A stretch of DNA of 64,000 nt from Macrostomum lignano (GCA_002269645.1 NIVC01000084.1:1054001-1118000); one strand, 5' to 3'. Counted from the stretch's first letter, positions 12,127 to 22,849 are shown. Notes: generated from the sequence alone by a model not told the origin. Numbers and translations: made by a program.

Positions 12127-12684
12127 CGACTTGTCCTATTAATAGTTACTGCGAGTCTGAAGCTGCGTCCGTTTGAAAAATTTGATTTAAAGCAGACCAA
12201 ACAGAAGCTACAGACCAGAAACCGGTTTTGCAAACTATTCCTAAGCCGACCAACAATGCTAAAGACAATTTATTCAAACGCAAAAATCCAACTTTATCCA
12301 GCAGGAAAACTAACTATATATGGCTGTAAATCAAATTCTCAGATAGTTTCAGTTTTACGATTTATCAACGATACTATTAATTGTGTAGATTTTGATTCAG
12401 TAAAAATTCAGAGCAGTACCTATGTCGGCTTTATTGGTCATCTTTGGCCAAAATTCGGTTTCTCTAGTCTAAAAAGATATGCAGGCTACTATTCGAATTA
12501 TCTGGTTGGATACGATGCAGAAAATTTCCCACAAGCAGTTTCTGTTAGATCAAAATCAAAACCAAGACTTTTTTGTAACATATTTTTTTCGAAAAAGTTT
12601 GTTATTATGGGCGTTCAAAACACTCATGAATTGAATAATATTCTTAACCATGTCAAGGATTTTTTAATCTCTGTTAATAACTAA
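12127..12684 (+). CDS. Divergent TATA-binding protein (TBP)-like protein, ~185 aa two-repeat core
   Basis: AKIQLYPAGKLTIYGCKS matches TBP TALIFSSGKMVCTGAKS; VKIQSSTYV matches FKIQNMVG; YDAENFPQ...KPRLFCNIFFSKKFVIMG matches YEPELFPG...KPRIVLLIFVSGKVVLTG. The frame is open 43 codons upstream of ATG 12256 (LLIVTASLKL..FDLKQ matches NIVSTVNL..LDLK), back to the acceptor at 12125-12126. Confidence 0.85.
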   Translation, partial: RLVLLIVTASLKLRPFEKFDLKQTKQKLQTRNRFCKLFLSRPTMLKTIYSNAKIQLYPAGKLTIYGCKSNSQIVSVLRFINDTINCVDFDSVKIQSSTYVGFIGHLWPKFGFSSLKRYAGYYSNYLVGYDAENFPQAVSVRSKSKPRLFCNIFFSKKFVIMGVQNTHELNNILNHVKDFLISVNN

Positions 12685-12912
12685 ACTTAACAAGTAAACA
12701 GTTGCTGTCAAATCGCAGTTGCGATGCATTATTTTACAAACATTTTGTCTTGTTTTCATTTCTTTACCAATTGTTTTCTCTAATAGTAAACGTGCCAGCT
12801 ATAACCCAATCTAACTAACCAAATCATCATTTTTCTTACAGCCGCAAATGACAAACCGGATCATCTATTAATATTATGCTCGATACGCTCGTTGTCGAGC
12901 TAGGTGCACACA

Positions 12913-13619
12913 ATGCCGCGTGCACAATGTCAAATCTGCAGAAAAAAGTTCAGCAATCAAGCTGAGCTGCATGCTCACTCGCATGGTGATTGTTTTTCGC
13001 CGGAACGATTACTGGTCGGATCACTGCAAAACCTGATCGAAAACCCACCAGATGGATGGTCCATCACTTTGCGCGAGTCAGCTCATCGTGGTCGGGTAAA
13101 TTTTGTCGAATTTACTCCCACTCTTGAACAACAAGACAGCAGCTCTGGCGAGTTACTTCCTGGCGAGTTGATTGCGTCTTTAAGAGGACTAATATTTAAA
13201 ATATTGGAAAAAATTGGCTCACCTAGTTTATTAATAAGAGTCTGCTTTCACTTGAAAGTGACACTTTTTCGACCGAAAGCAGCAGCAGACGACAACGATG
13301 GCTCGAGCAGCGAAGAAATCATCTCGGTCTATTTTAATACCAACATTGCGACAATATCATTTGATGAGACGATTGCAAACAGTGACATGCTGTTATCTCC
13401 CGAGGCCTACAATGACTGGTTCGCACGCGTTATTAATCAGCTATTAACAAAAATAGACAATTTTCAATCTCGAGGCAGTAATTGGCAATATAGAGCAATC
13501 GAGCAGCTAGACTTGATGCTCTGCATTTATCGCAAAAGCCATGCAACCACACTGTTAACAAATACGTCCCACGATGGTGTGGGAGCGGCGGCGGGGGTGG
13601 TGGTGGTGGTGGTGGTGGT

Positions 13620-13657
<38 letters not shown>

Positions 13658-16600
13658 GCGCGGCGAGTCCGGTCCAGTCCGGTCCGGTCCAGTCCGGTCC
13701 GGTCCGATTAAACAGCGAGCGTTTAAAGTTCCACTCTCAATCGGGCGCAAAGCTGGAGCAGTACTGCTTCTAAAGCCGCACAGAGCAAATCAGTACGACT
13801 GTTTTCGCTACTCAATATTGGCGAGTATATTTCATCCTTGTGTGCAAGATGCGAAAAGGAAAGACAGCTATGTGCAATGGATGAGAGAATTTAATTTTGG
13901 TCGACAAGCTAATGGACCAGCTCGCCATTCAAGTAGATCGTACAAAAAATTCTGCCGACGCAATCCGAGAGTTAGTCTACGAGTATTTGTGTGGGATCAC
14001 GACACCAAGACGAGCACATTATTTTACTCGCACAGAAGCAAATATGATGGCGATCGTTATTTTGCGAGCTGTCTGTTTGTGCCGCGGTATGACGATTTTG
14101 AATTTGGTCATTATTTACCAATTCGCAATTTGAACCGGTTATTGAGCAAGCGAGGTAAACAGCGACGATATTGTCCGGAGTGCACGGCTTCGTTTCCTTG
14201 CTCAACTTCGTGGGACTATATTCTCAAGGAGCATTGCTGTGAAGGTGGTAACGTGTCATCATCATCAGCTTCTAATATTGAATGGAGTTCGGATTTTGTG
14301 CCTCAAATCCGCGAGATTCGCCATCGACCACAAGAAGTAATGCCGAAACCAGAAGACGCAATTTTAAAATTTAAATCACACGAGGCAAAACTGCCTTCGT
14401 TGTATGTCTTGTACGCAGACATGGAATGTCTATGTGCACCTGCAAATAATGAAGCAAATGTAAAAAAGACTTGTAATTCGAAGCCGCTTGAAGTCCACGT
14501 ACCAATTTGTTTGGCCTATCGTCTGATAACTTGCCAAGGTTTGCAACTGACACCAAAACTAGCTGCAGCAGTTGGAATGGGCGACAAAAAACCTTGTGGA
14601 GTAATTTACTCGCAAAAAGATGGTGAGAATTGTGTTCGACTGTTTTTACGCAAACTTCAGACCATTGCCAGCGAGATTTGTCTGCATGCTCAGACTGAGA
14701 CGTTTACTCCCTTGCTACGTGAATATCTCAATATTAAATCCAACAAGAAGCTTCAGCAGACTTGCCAACTATGCAAGCGAGTATTTGACAAGACTGAAAA
14801 AACTGTGCTGGACCATTGTCACTTGACTGGTTTGCCTCGTGGCATAGTTTGCGTCTCGTGTAATCGAAAGTTAAGTTTAAAACGATACCGATTGATTGTC
14901 TACTTTCACAATTTGGCTGCCTACGATGGTAAATTTCTTGTGCGAGAGATTTACAACGTGTTTTCTGGAAACAGTGTTCAACTAAGCGTGCTACCAGAGA
15001 CTCGTGAACGCTTCAAGACGTTTTCGCTAAAGTTTACATTGCCAAGTAATCAACACAAGAATGGCTTTGTGCGGTTTGAGATTTGTTTCAAGGATACTTT
15101 TGCCTATTTATCGACAAGTTTGGCTACTCTAGCCGATCGACTGCTTCCCGAGCAACTAGTGCATACAAAAGAGTTGTTAAAAACGTATCCAAAGTTGGAG
15201 CTGGCAACTCTACGACAAAAGGGAATCTATCCCTACTCTTTTTTGGACTGCGAGGAAAAATTGGACAATGTGACACAGTTACCGCCGAAGGAGAATTTTT
15301 TCAACAAGCTTACAATGTCGCACTGCACGGAAGAAGATTATGGTCGAGCTTGTGTAGCTTGGAATCAGTTCGAGTGTCAAAATCTTCGAGATTATACAAC
15401 AGCCTATTTGTTGCTTGATGTACTGCTGCTATGCGACGTCTTTGAAAATTTTCGTCAGACTGCGCTGCGTGAATATGGTCTCGATCCGACTCACTTTTTG
15501 GGTGCACCGATGTTTAGCATGGTAGCCTGCCTGTTGCGGGTAGACGAGCCAATAAAATTGTTTACCGACGCATCTATGTATGCCGAAGTTGAGTCCTCCA
15601 TTCGAGGCGGTTTCAGTTTTGGAACGCGACATGTAACGACGGCCAATAACCCGAGTGTAGCAGAGTACAGAAGCGAGTTTGATCGACTTGATCCGGACTT
15701 TGAAAGCTTGCGAAAAAATGCACCATATGGAACTTATCTAGCATACTTGGACGCTAATTCGCTCTACTCAAGCTGCATGATTCAACCTTTACCAGTTGGC
15801 GATTTTTTATGGCTATCACGCGATGAAATTGGGAACATTCCAACCGATAGTGCGAGTGCAGACTATTTGGAAAGCCCAAGTGTTAAAAGTCAACTATTGG
15901 ATTGGTTAGACAAGTTTTGTAACGACGAACAAGGAGCAATGTTCACTGTGGATCTATATTATCCTCGCTTCTTGCATGACTCGACAGCAGATCTTCCGCT
16001 TGCAATTGGTCACGAATTAGTTGGCGAAGACCGACTTAGTGAACAGATGAAACTGGACTGGTTTTGCCTTCAAAGAGAACTCAATCCAGATCGTTTTGAA
16101 AACGCAACAAGCTATGGTGATGTGAAAGCTTTCAGCAGCTCGACGCGAAAATTGATTGGGTCTGTGCTTCACAAAAAGAAGTATGTTGTGCATCATCGAG
16201 CTCTTCGATTGTATCTAGAATTGGGAATGCGCGTAACGCGTGTTTACCGCGTAATTCGATTTACAGAACGACCAATTTTGCGATACTATATTGAACACAA
16301 TATTGAGCGGCGTAAAGTAGCAAAAACTGAATTCGAACGCGACTTTTTCAAGTTGCTAAATAATGCTCTTTTCGGAAAGTTTCTGCAACGAGTTCGCGAT
16401 CGACTCAATTTCCGCATGTGTTCAGAAGCTGAAAAATTGGAGAAATATGTTTCTCGAGAAGATTTTCTTGACGTAGTAATTTATAATGAAAGTCTGGCAG
16501 GAGTTAGCCTCGCTCCACGTCGTGTTGCGCTAGACAAACCGATTATAATCGGTGCTGCAATCTTAGACATTGCAAAGACTCTTGTATACGACTTTTATTA

Positions 16601-17149
16601 CAATCATGTTCAGATTCATCATTCACTAGCAAGTGCTCGGGTACTCGCAGGAGATACTGATAGTCTTATGCTGGCTCTAGTTATGCGTAAACCGGACGAG
16701 ACTCCTTACGATACCTTGTTCAAAGATTTGGCAGAAGAAGGTTTGCTAGACACGAGTAACTATTCACCATCGCATGCTCTGTACTCGACAAAGCACAAGG
16801 GTCGACTTTTGGCGTGGAAAGACGAGTTTAAAGGTTGTATACCACTGGAACTGGTATTTTTGCGACCAAAAATTACTCCTTCGTGTATGCCAATGGAACT
16901 ATAGATCAAGTCTCGCGCTGCAAAGGTGTCTGCAAGACTGTAGCACAAAGTTTAAAGCATCAAGACTATTTGAGAGTTTTGCACAAGCGACAACTTGTGT
17001 TTTCGCGCATGCAGTCGATTCGTTCTAGAAAACAGAAAGTTTTTTTAATGCAACAAAGAAAACTTGCACTAAGTTTTTTCGACACGAAGCGATCTTGGAC
17101 AGACTGCATCGATTCGCTGCCCTTTGGTCACTGGCGCTTGACCAATTAA
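12913..17149 (+). CDS. polB: Protein-primed family B DNA polymerase with N-terminal C2H2 finger and Endonuclease VII insert; two frameshifts (~13530-13705 and ~16870)
   Basis: NFQSRGSNW; YDCFRYSILASIFHP; VLYADMEC; CQLC..VLDHCHLTG..RG..C..CN; FHNLAAYDGK; KGIYPYS; YLDANSLYS; KLLNNALFGK; AGDTDS; LRPK/NYS...KGV continues in ORF 16835..17149. Confidence 0.97.
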
Positions 17150-17442
17150 CAATATGCTCTGATCTCTTTTGTTGTACAAAGTATAAATAGCATGCTATAG
17201 AAGACTGTAAGCCATCAATAGTTTTTTCATTGATCATAATTTTACAATAAATAAATGGTGCGTGCATTCATTTAATCTATAATTTTAGCACTTTTTTGTG
17301 CTTAATTATTTGAAAGAGTATAATTTTTTATAGTTAGATTCGTATGACTAGGTTGTAGTGACCGTAAATGTAATTGCTAACGCTCATGTTTCAAGGAAAA
17401 AACTTTTTTAAACTTTCAGCTACAATTGAATCGACAACATGA

Positions 17443-17918
17443 ATGCCGAGCAGCAGCAACAACAACAAGCAGCAGCAGTACCAACTTTTAGTGGAACGCC
17501 TGTACGAATCGGCAACAATTCCGGCCCGAAAAACTGTCGGCTCGATTGGTTACGATCTTTGCGCAGGCGTTGATGGCACTATTCCAGCCTACGAGTCCCG
17601 CAGTGTACGAACCGGACTTAAAGTCCGGTTACCGGCTGGTACGTATGGCAGGATTGCGGCCCGAGCATGGCTCTGCGCGGTATCTTTGTTGGCGGTGGCG
17701 TAATCGACCCCGACTATACAGGGGAAATCTGTATAGTTTTATTCAACTACAGCTCGGAGGATTTTGATTACTACGCCGGGCTAAGTATCGCGCAACTCGT
17801 TCTTGAGCAGGCTGTGCTTGCTTCAGTCTATGCGATTGAAGCCGATAACTCCATTCGGAAGATTGAGCCGCCGACCAAGCGGCGCGGTTTTGGCGGCTTT
17901 GGAAGCACTGGTCAATAA
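17443..17918 (+). CDS. dut: Trimeric dUTPase (one frameshift near 17662)
   Basis: Motifs GSIGYDL, GRIAAR, GGVIDPDYTGEI, IAQLVLE and RGFGGFGSTG split over ORFs 17443..17703 and 17667..17918. Confidence 0.93.
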
Positions 17919-17983
17919 TAATGATAATGATAATAAACTGATTTTTTTTTATTTGGTGATTGGGCACTATGCCTTGTAAATGC

Positions 17984-17992
17984 TATAAGCAA
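17984..17992 (+). promoter_or_regulatory. TATAAGCAA motif upstream of PLA2X
   Basis: 60 nt before ATG 18044; the same motif recurs before other structural-module genes. Confidence 0.6.
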
Positions 17993-18043
17993 TTTTAAAA
18001 TTTATGCCAAAAAAAAAATATATATATATATATATGTTGTAAA

Positions 18044-18463
18044 ATGTCTCCAGCGAAAGATCGAGGTTTTAAAAAGAAAAAGAAGAGCAGTCGTATAAAG
18101 AAGAAATCTATTAGAAAGATTAATAAAAAGCAACAAGGTTTTGGTGTCGTAAATTGGTTAATTAATCATTTACCATTTGAAGCGCATTTACCCGGCGGAT
18201 ATCAGTTTTGTGGTCCAGGTACGCAACTGCAAGCTAGGCTAGCAAAAGGACAACGAGGAATCAATCGACTTGACAATTTGTGCATGCTTCACGACGTGGC
18301 CTATGATAAAAATTCGGACGTGCAAGAGAGATTAAAAGCTGATAAGCTATTAGAATCTGGTGCACGAGAAATTGCCCACGATCCGTCTACTGGTTGGAAA
18401 GAAAAACTAGCTGCGAAGTTGGTTACCAAGGTTATGCAAGTTAAGCAACGCTTTGGTGCTTGA
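18044..18463 (+). CDS. Parvovirus-type phospholipase A2 (PLA2X) with basic N-terminus
   Basis: YQFCGPGT Ca-binding loop and LDNLCMLHDVAY catalytic HD motif. Confidence 0.9.
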   Translation: MSPAKDRGFKKKKKSSRIKKKSIRKINKKQQGFGVVNWLINHLPFEAHLPGGYQFCGPGTQLQARLAKGQRGINRLDNLCMLHDVAYDKNSDVQERLKADKLLESGAREIAHDPSTGWKEKLAAKLVTKVMQVKQRFGA

Positions 18464-18465
18464 AA

Positions 18466-19154
18466 ATGCAGCAGCCATACAATATGCAACTAGCTCACGA
18501 TTCTACATTTATTATTGCTGGACCTTCAAACTCGGGTAAAACTGAATGGACGTTGCGTTTGTTGACTGAACGAAAAGAATTATTTGATGAAAAACCGCGT
18601 CGTCTTGTTTGGTGTCATGGATCAAGTTTGAAACCAGACGATCAACAACGAATTAGAACATGCTGGCAAAAGAGCGGTCTTGACCCTATTGTTTTGTACC
18701 CGAATTCATACCACAGATGATTAATCGTTTTTTACCACACGATTTGGTTGTTGTTGACGACTTGCAAAGCGAGATTGCTAAGTTGCCAGAATTTACTAGT
18801 ATGTTTACAAAGCATGCGCATCATATCCCTTTGACTTGTCTGTATCTTTGTCAAGGTCTTTTTAACAAGTCTGATCCCGAAGCACGCATGCGAAGTTTAT
18901 CAGCTAGTTATATTTGTCTAACTCGTAGTGTGCGCGATCGAACCACAGTTGAGCATCTCGGTCGACAAATGTATCCGCGTAATAGTAGGTTTCTAGTGAA
19001 TGTGTATGAAGACGCAACAAATAACAAACCTTTTTCATATTTATTCATTGACCTGCGACAAATGACACCCGATTTTTTACGATTGAGAACAGGAATCTTT
19101 CCTGGCGATGAGCAAGTTGTCTATACTCGTGAATGTGATGCAAAGTTTGTGTAA
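18466..19154 (+). CDS. A32/FtsK-like genome packaging ATPase (one frameshift near 18700)
   Basis: Walker A GPSNSGKT, Walker B LVVVDDLQ, then FTKHAHH, LGRQMYP and FSYLFIDL. Confidence 0.93.
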
Positions 19155-19160
19155 TATTAT

Positions 19161-19169
19161 TATAAGCAA
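19161..19169 (+). promoter_or_regulatory. TATAAGCAA motif upstream of the minor capsid gene
   Basis: Lies right after the ATPase stop, 51 nt before ATG 19212. Confidence 0.6.
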
Positions 19170-19211
19170 ATTATAAACTGTTGTCAATATTAGTTTGTGT
19201 TTTATTTCAAA

Positions 19212-20198
19212 ATGAGTTTTTACGTTTTTTTGCCGTCAAACGATATCAGTTACGAAACCAACTCGCCTAATGAATTTCGAGTACGACTAACTGAACCAAT
19301 AAATTTATTGAACGGATTCTTCGAGGTTGCACTAGTTGAATTACTTTGCCATGGAGCAATTACGACCCCAAATGCTCATCGTGAGCGTCGATTTGAAGTT
19401 CCATATTTTGCGGACATTGACTCAATAATACGATTAAAGAAAAACTATTGGGGTCGCGTTTGGGCAGAGGCAGACTTGGATGCTTACGTTTCCTGGCAAC
19501 CGTCTGTACAAATGAAAAATTTGCCTGGCTTTTACGAAATTCAGGCGAAAAAACTATTGGATTAGAACTACCGGTTACATTTATGGACGCTTTCAAATTT
19601 GACTCTTGGAAGAAACTTTCTGGACTTGTCTCGGAAAAATTATCAAAACCTACGCTGGTAGTGTACAACCACGGATGGATCATACTTGGATGTGGTAAAA
19701 AGTCTCGACAATACTCTAGCGCTAGTACCTGAGAACTATTATGTTTTTTATTGTGTTCTATCGCCTGGTGAAGCTATACGACTTGTTTCGCATGGAGACT
19801 ATCTTCAAAAAACGGAAGGAGAAGTGTACATCAAATTACACCAATATTGGTTGAGAAATCGTATTTGGCGCATTAACAAAACCTACTTGGATGCTGTGCT
19901 ACCTTCTCCGATGCCTAGTAAAACGGTTTACATGTACTGTTACACAGACATAATCGAGTATCAAGCAGTGGGAAGTACATCAGTACCGTTGCTTCGAGTT
20001 GTGGAACTCCAACAAAAGAAAAATGGAGAACTTGTACGCGATAGCAGTGCATTGCAAACACCCTACTACTTGAAAACAAATCGACAACAAATTCACGAGA
20101 TTTCGATTCGACTATCGGACCAGCGCGGAAAACCATTTAATTTTCATCCGGGAGCACACGTTGTTGTCGTACTGCATTTTAGACACAGGTCAGACTAA
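19212..20198 (+). CDS. Minor capsid (penton-like) protein (two compensating frameshifts)
   Basis: N-terminal SFYVFLPSN..NEFRVRL..EVALVEL and C-terminal YCYTDIIEYQAVG..VPLLRVV...VVLHFR, typical of Polinton pentons; the middle is in ORF 19448..19732. Confidence 0.85.
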
Positions 20199-20200
20199 TT

Positions 20201-20209
20201 TATAAGCAA
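20201..20209 (+). promoter_or_regulatory. TATAAGCAA motif upstream of ORF 20256
   Basis: Lies right after the penton stop, 55 nt before the ATG. Confidence 0.6.
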
Positions 20210-20255
20210 AGATTAATGTGTAAAAAGAAAATTTTGTGAATTTTTTTTTGTAAGA

Positions 20256-20618
20256 ATGAACGAACTAACAGAAAAAGGAAAACGAAATGCTCGCTCATTG
20301 TGTCAGTGTGCTTTTTTACTACAAATTGTTTATCGGCTAAAGCATCCAAAGCAGAGAAAAAGTTTTTTACAAACACTTTCAGAGTCGGAGATACGATGTC
20401 TAGTAGACTTTCTGTTTAATATTATTAGTGGACGTATTAAAATTAGTAACTGTAACAAAAGACGACTTGAGAAGCATCGCAGATATATACGTCAGCTTTT
20501 GGAACAGAAGACTCCAATTACTGCAAAAAGGAAAATACTTGTCCAACACGGAGGATTTTTACCTTTTTTGGCTCCAATTATTGCCGCTCTACCTGCTATA
20601 AGCACTGCGCTTGGATAA
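20256..20618 (+). CDS. Conserved Polinton small basic virion/core protein with a QHGG|FLP protease-site-like motif
   Basis: ILVQHGGFLPFLAPII resembles the QxGG-FL motif of Polinton core proteins and adenain cleavage sites. Confidence 0.7.
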   Translation: MNELTEKGKRNARSLCQCAFLLQIVYRLKHPKQRKSFLQTLSESEIRCLVDFLFNIISGRIKISNCNKRRLEKHRRYIRQLLEQKTPITAKRKILVQHGGFLPFLAPIIAALPAISTALG

Positions 20619-20691
20619 CGTCTGGAGTAGTTGGTACCGCCGCGGGAGCAGCAAATTTAATACGATCAATTCAACGAAAGTAGTAGGAATA

Positions 20692-21380
20692 ATGCGAGCC
20701 AAGGAGAGTAGTAGTTTTCAACGAATGTATCTAGTACCTGAATCTGTGTATCAATCTACATGTCAAGGAGCAGAACAAGGTTCGTCACCAGCTGCTGAGG
20801 TACCTCGAAAAACTGAAGTTTTAGACGCACCGCAAGATGGTCTGGCAAAAAATATGGTGGAAATGAGAGAACAAATGGATAACTTGGACAAGGAAATGGA
20901 GAAGGAGCCAAATTACACAGCTCAATTGAAACGAAGCAGATTGGAAGACAAACTTTTAAAATTACGCAAAGTCTATCGCACTGGAGACGAGGACAATCTG
21001 CCACTTGTTCGCAAAGGGACTAATGTAAGAAGCTCATATGCCAGAGAATCAAGGGAAATTCCTAAAGTTTTTTACCACGTTTCGAAGCTCTCGCTCAAAA
21101 CCTATTTTCGGACATGGACAAGAATGCAGAACCAATGCTGGCTAATTTGACTGATGGCGAGATACAAGATCTCATGGAATATGTTGTTCGAGACAGACCG
21201 CTTAAGCGACACGAGACTCAACCACCTAGTGGACTAAAAACATTTTTAGACTTTCTTCGAAAACGTGGAATCGCAGCAAACCAAATCGGGCGTCATGTAC
21301 GAAACGAGCTAATGCATGCTCCAAAAACTGTTGCAAAGGAGGATCTTAGTCTGTTTGAAAATTATCAAACACTGGCTTAA
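20692..21380 (+). CDS. Conserved Polinton hypothetical protein (one frameshift near 21105)
   Basis: RMYLVPE start motif and helical body in ORF 20611..21150, continuing into ORF 21114..21380. Confidence 0.6.
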
Positions 21381-21417
21381 TTTGTTTTAAATGTTTTAAC
21401 AAAATTGATTCGAGCAC

Positions 21418-21424
21418 TATAAGC
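21418..21424 (+). promoter_or_regulatory. TATAAGC motif upstream of the small ORF and integrase
   Basis: Lies in the intergenic spacer, 61 nt before ATG 21479. Confidence 0.55.
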
Positions 21425-21478
21425 TTTTTAAAAAGGTTAATTTTGTTTATGAAAATATATAGTTTAATAAGACAAACC

Positions 21479-21667
21479 ATGTCATCTATCTGCCAAAAAC
21501 TTTTGATTCGTCTCTGTGAGTTTTTTTGCTTAAAATCCGAATGTGTGCCGTTTCTGGGAGAGGAGCACAACGAGGATACTGACGGAAATTCGATCGAGGC
21601 TTCGTTCTTTTGTTGCAATTGGCATACGAATAGCATCAATCTAACTCATGATGAAGCGAGTGCGTAA
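21479..21667 (+). CDS. Small Cys-containing ORF (62 aa) overlapping the integrase start
   Basis: The ATG sits at the same spacing from TATAAGC as in other genes; no recognisable homology. Confidence 0.35.
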   Translation: MSSICQKLLIRLCEFFCLKSECVPFLGEEHNEDTDGNSIEASFFCCNWHTNSINLTHDEASA

Positions 21668-22808
21668 GGAAATTGAAGAATTTTTGACGGATGCTTTTTT
21701 TAACTTGAACAAACCTACTTCATTTAGTGGTAACAAGACTATACTTGTTCGTGAAGTGCGTAAAAAGTTTCCACAGATTACGAACAAAGTTGCGAAGCGC
21801 GAAGTTGATAATTGGGTGCGATCAACAAATGAGCATCATTTATTTCGAAAAACACGACGAAACTTTCCAACTCCAAAAATTAGTGTACCACCAGTTGCAA
21901 AGTTTCAGTTTCAAATCGATTTGGCAGATTTACCTCGATACAAGACGGAAAATCGAGGTTATCGTTACATACTTGTTCTGATTGACTGTTTTACTAGAGT
22001 TGTACGACTAAGACCATTGCGTACAAAGAAGCCTTCAGAAGTTAGTCAAGTATTACTAGAGATTTTTCGAAGTGGTTTTAAGCCTGTTTATTTACAAGGT
22101 GATGCTGGTATGGAGTTTCTCGGAAGAGCTACACGTCAAATGCTGAAACAGGAAGGAGTTCGATTTTTTGTTAGCCAAAGCAATTACAAGGCAAGCATGG
22201 CTGAACGATTTATCCGCTCGCTAAAGGAGCGTCTATTACGATACTTTCGAGCAAAAAATTTACCTCGATGGTTTGATATTTTGCCACAATTGGAAGATAA
22301 TTTCAACTCTAGTCCTCATCGATCCTTGAGTGGAGAAACACCAAAACGTGTAGAGACAGACCCACATTTACAAGGAATTTTGTGGGACAAAATGTTTGCG
22401 AAGTCGTACACTAAAAAGAATGAGAATAAATTTAAAGTTGGTGATTGGGTTAGAATTACACGACGTCGAGGAACATTTGAAAAAGGATACACTACGAGTT
22501 GGAGTAATTCAAAATATCGCATTCACCGTGTACACTTGACAGAACCGCCAATGTACGAATTAGCGGACCCTGAAGATGGATTTGAAGTGCTGAAAGGAAG
22601 GTTTAACCAAGCGGAACTAATGTTGGTAAACGAGACAGATGAAACACCTAATGAAATTGAAAAAGTTATTGAAACTGATCGATCGAAAAATGGAAGTCGT
22701 CTGTATCTAGTAAAATGGAAAGGTATGCCAATCTCAAGAAGTCAGTGGTTAAACGAAAAGGATCTTGACGCAAAGACTGCTAAACTATTTTCTAAAGTGT
22801 ATAAGTAA
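21648..22808 (+). CDS. Retroviral-like DDE integrase with C-terminal chromodomain
   Basis: FQIDLADL, YILVLIDCFTR, LQGDAGMEF, KASMAERFIRSLKERL; chromodomain IEKVI...YLVKWKG...SQW; intact ORF. Confidence 0.97.
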   Translation: MMKRVRKEIEEFLTDAFFNLNKPTSFSGNKTILVREVRKKFPQITNKVAKREVDNWVRSTNEHHLFRKTRRNFPTPKISVPPVAKFQFQIDLADLPRYKTENRGYRYILVLIDCFTRVVRLRPLRTKKPSEVSQVLLEIFRSGFKPVYLQGDAGMEFLGRATRQMLKQEGVRFFVSQSNYKASMAERFIRSLKERLLRYFRAKNLPRWFDILPQLEDNFNSSPHRSLSGETPKRVETDPHLQGILWDKMFAKSYTKKNENKFKVGDWVRITRRRGTFEKGYTTSWSNSKYRIHRVHLTEPPMYELADPEDGFEVLKGRFNQAELMLVNETDETPNEIEKVIETDRSKNGSRLYLVKWKGMPISRSQWLNEKDLDAKTAKLFSKVYK

Positions 22809-22849
22809 CACATGAATTGGGATTGCATGACGATGAGAAGACTGTTGAA

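Noticed and set aside
13433-13750. Minus-strand poly-proline ORF
   Set aside because: Antisense reading of the (GGT)n(GGC)n tract.
12904-13773. ORF 12904..13773 as a separate gene
   Set aside because: It contains conserved pPolB N-terminal motifs, and the polymerase frame is open upstream of 13818, so it is one gene broken by a frameshift.
16850-16880. Programmed ribosomal frameshifting to explain the broken core genes
   Set aside because: Too many breaks in genes that are single ORFs in other Polintons; sequencing error or mutation is simpler.
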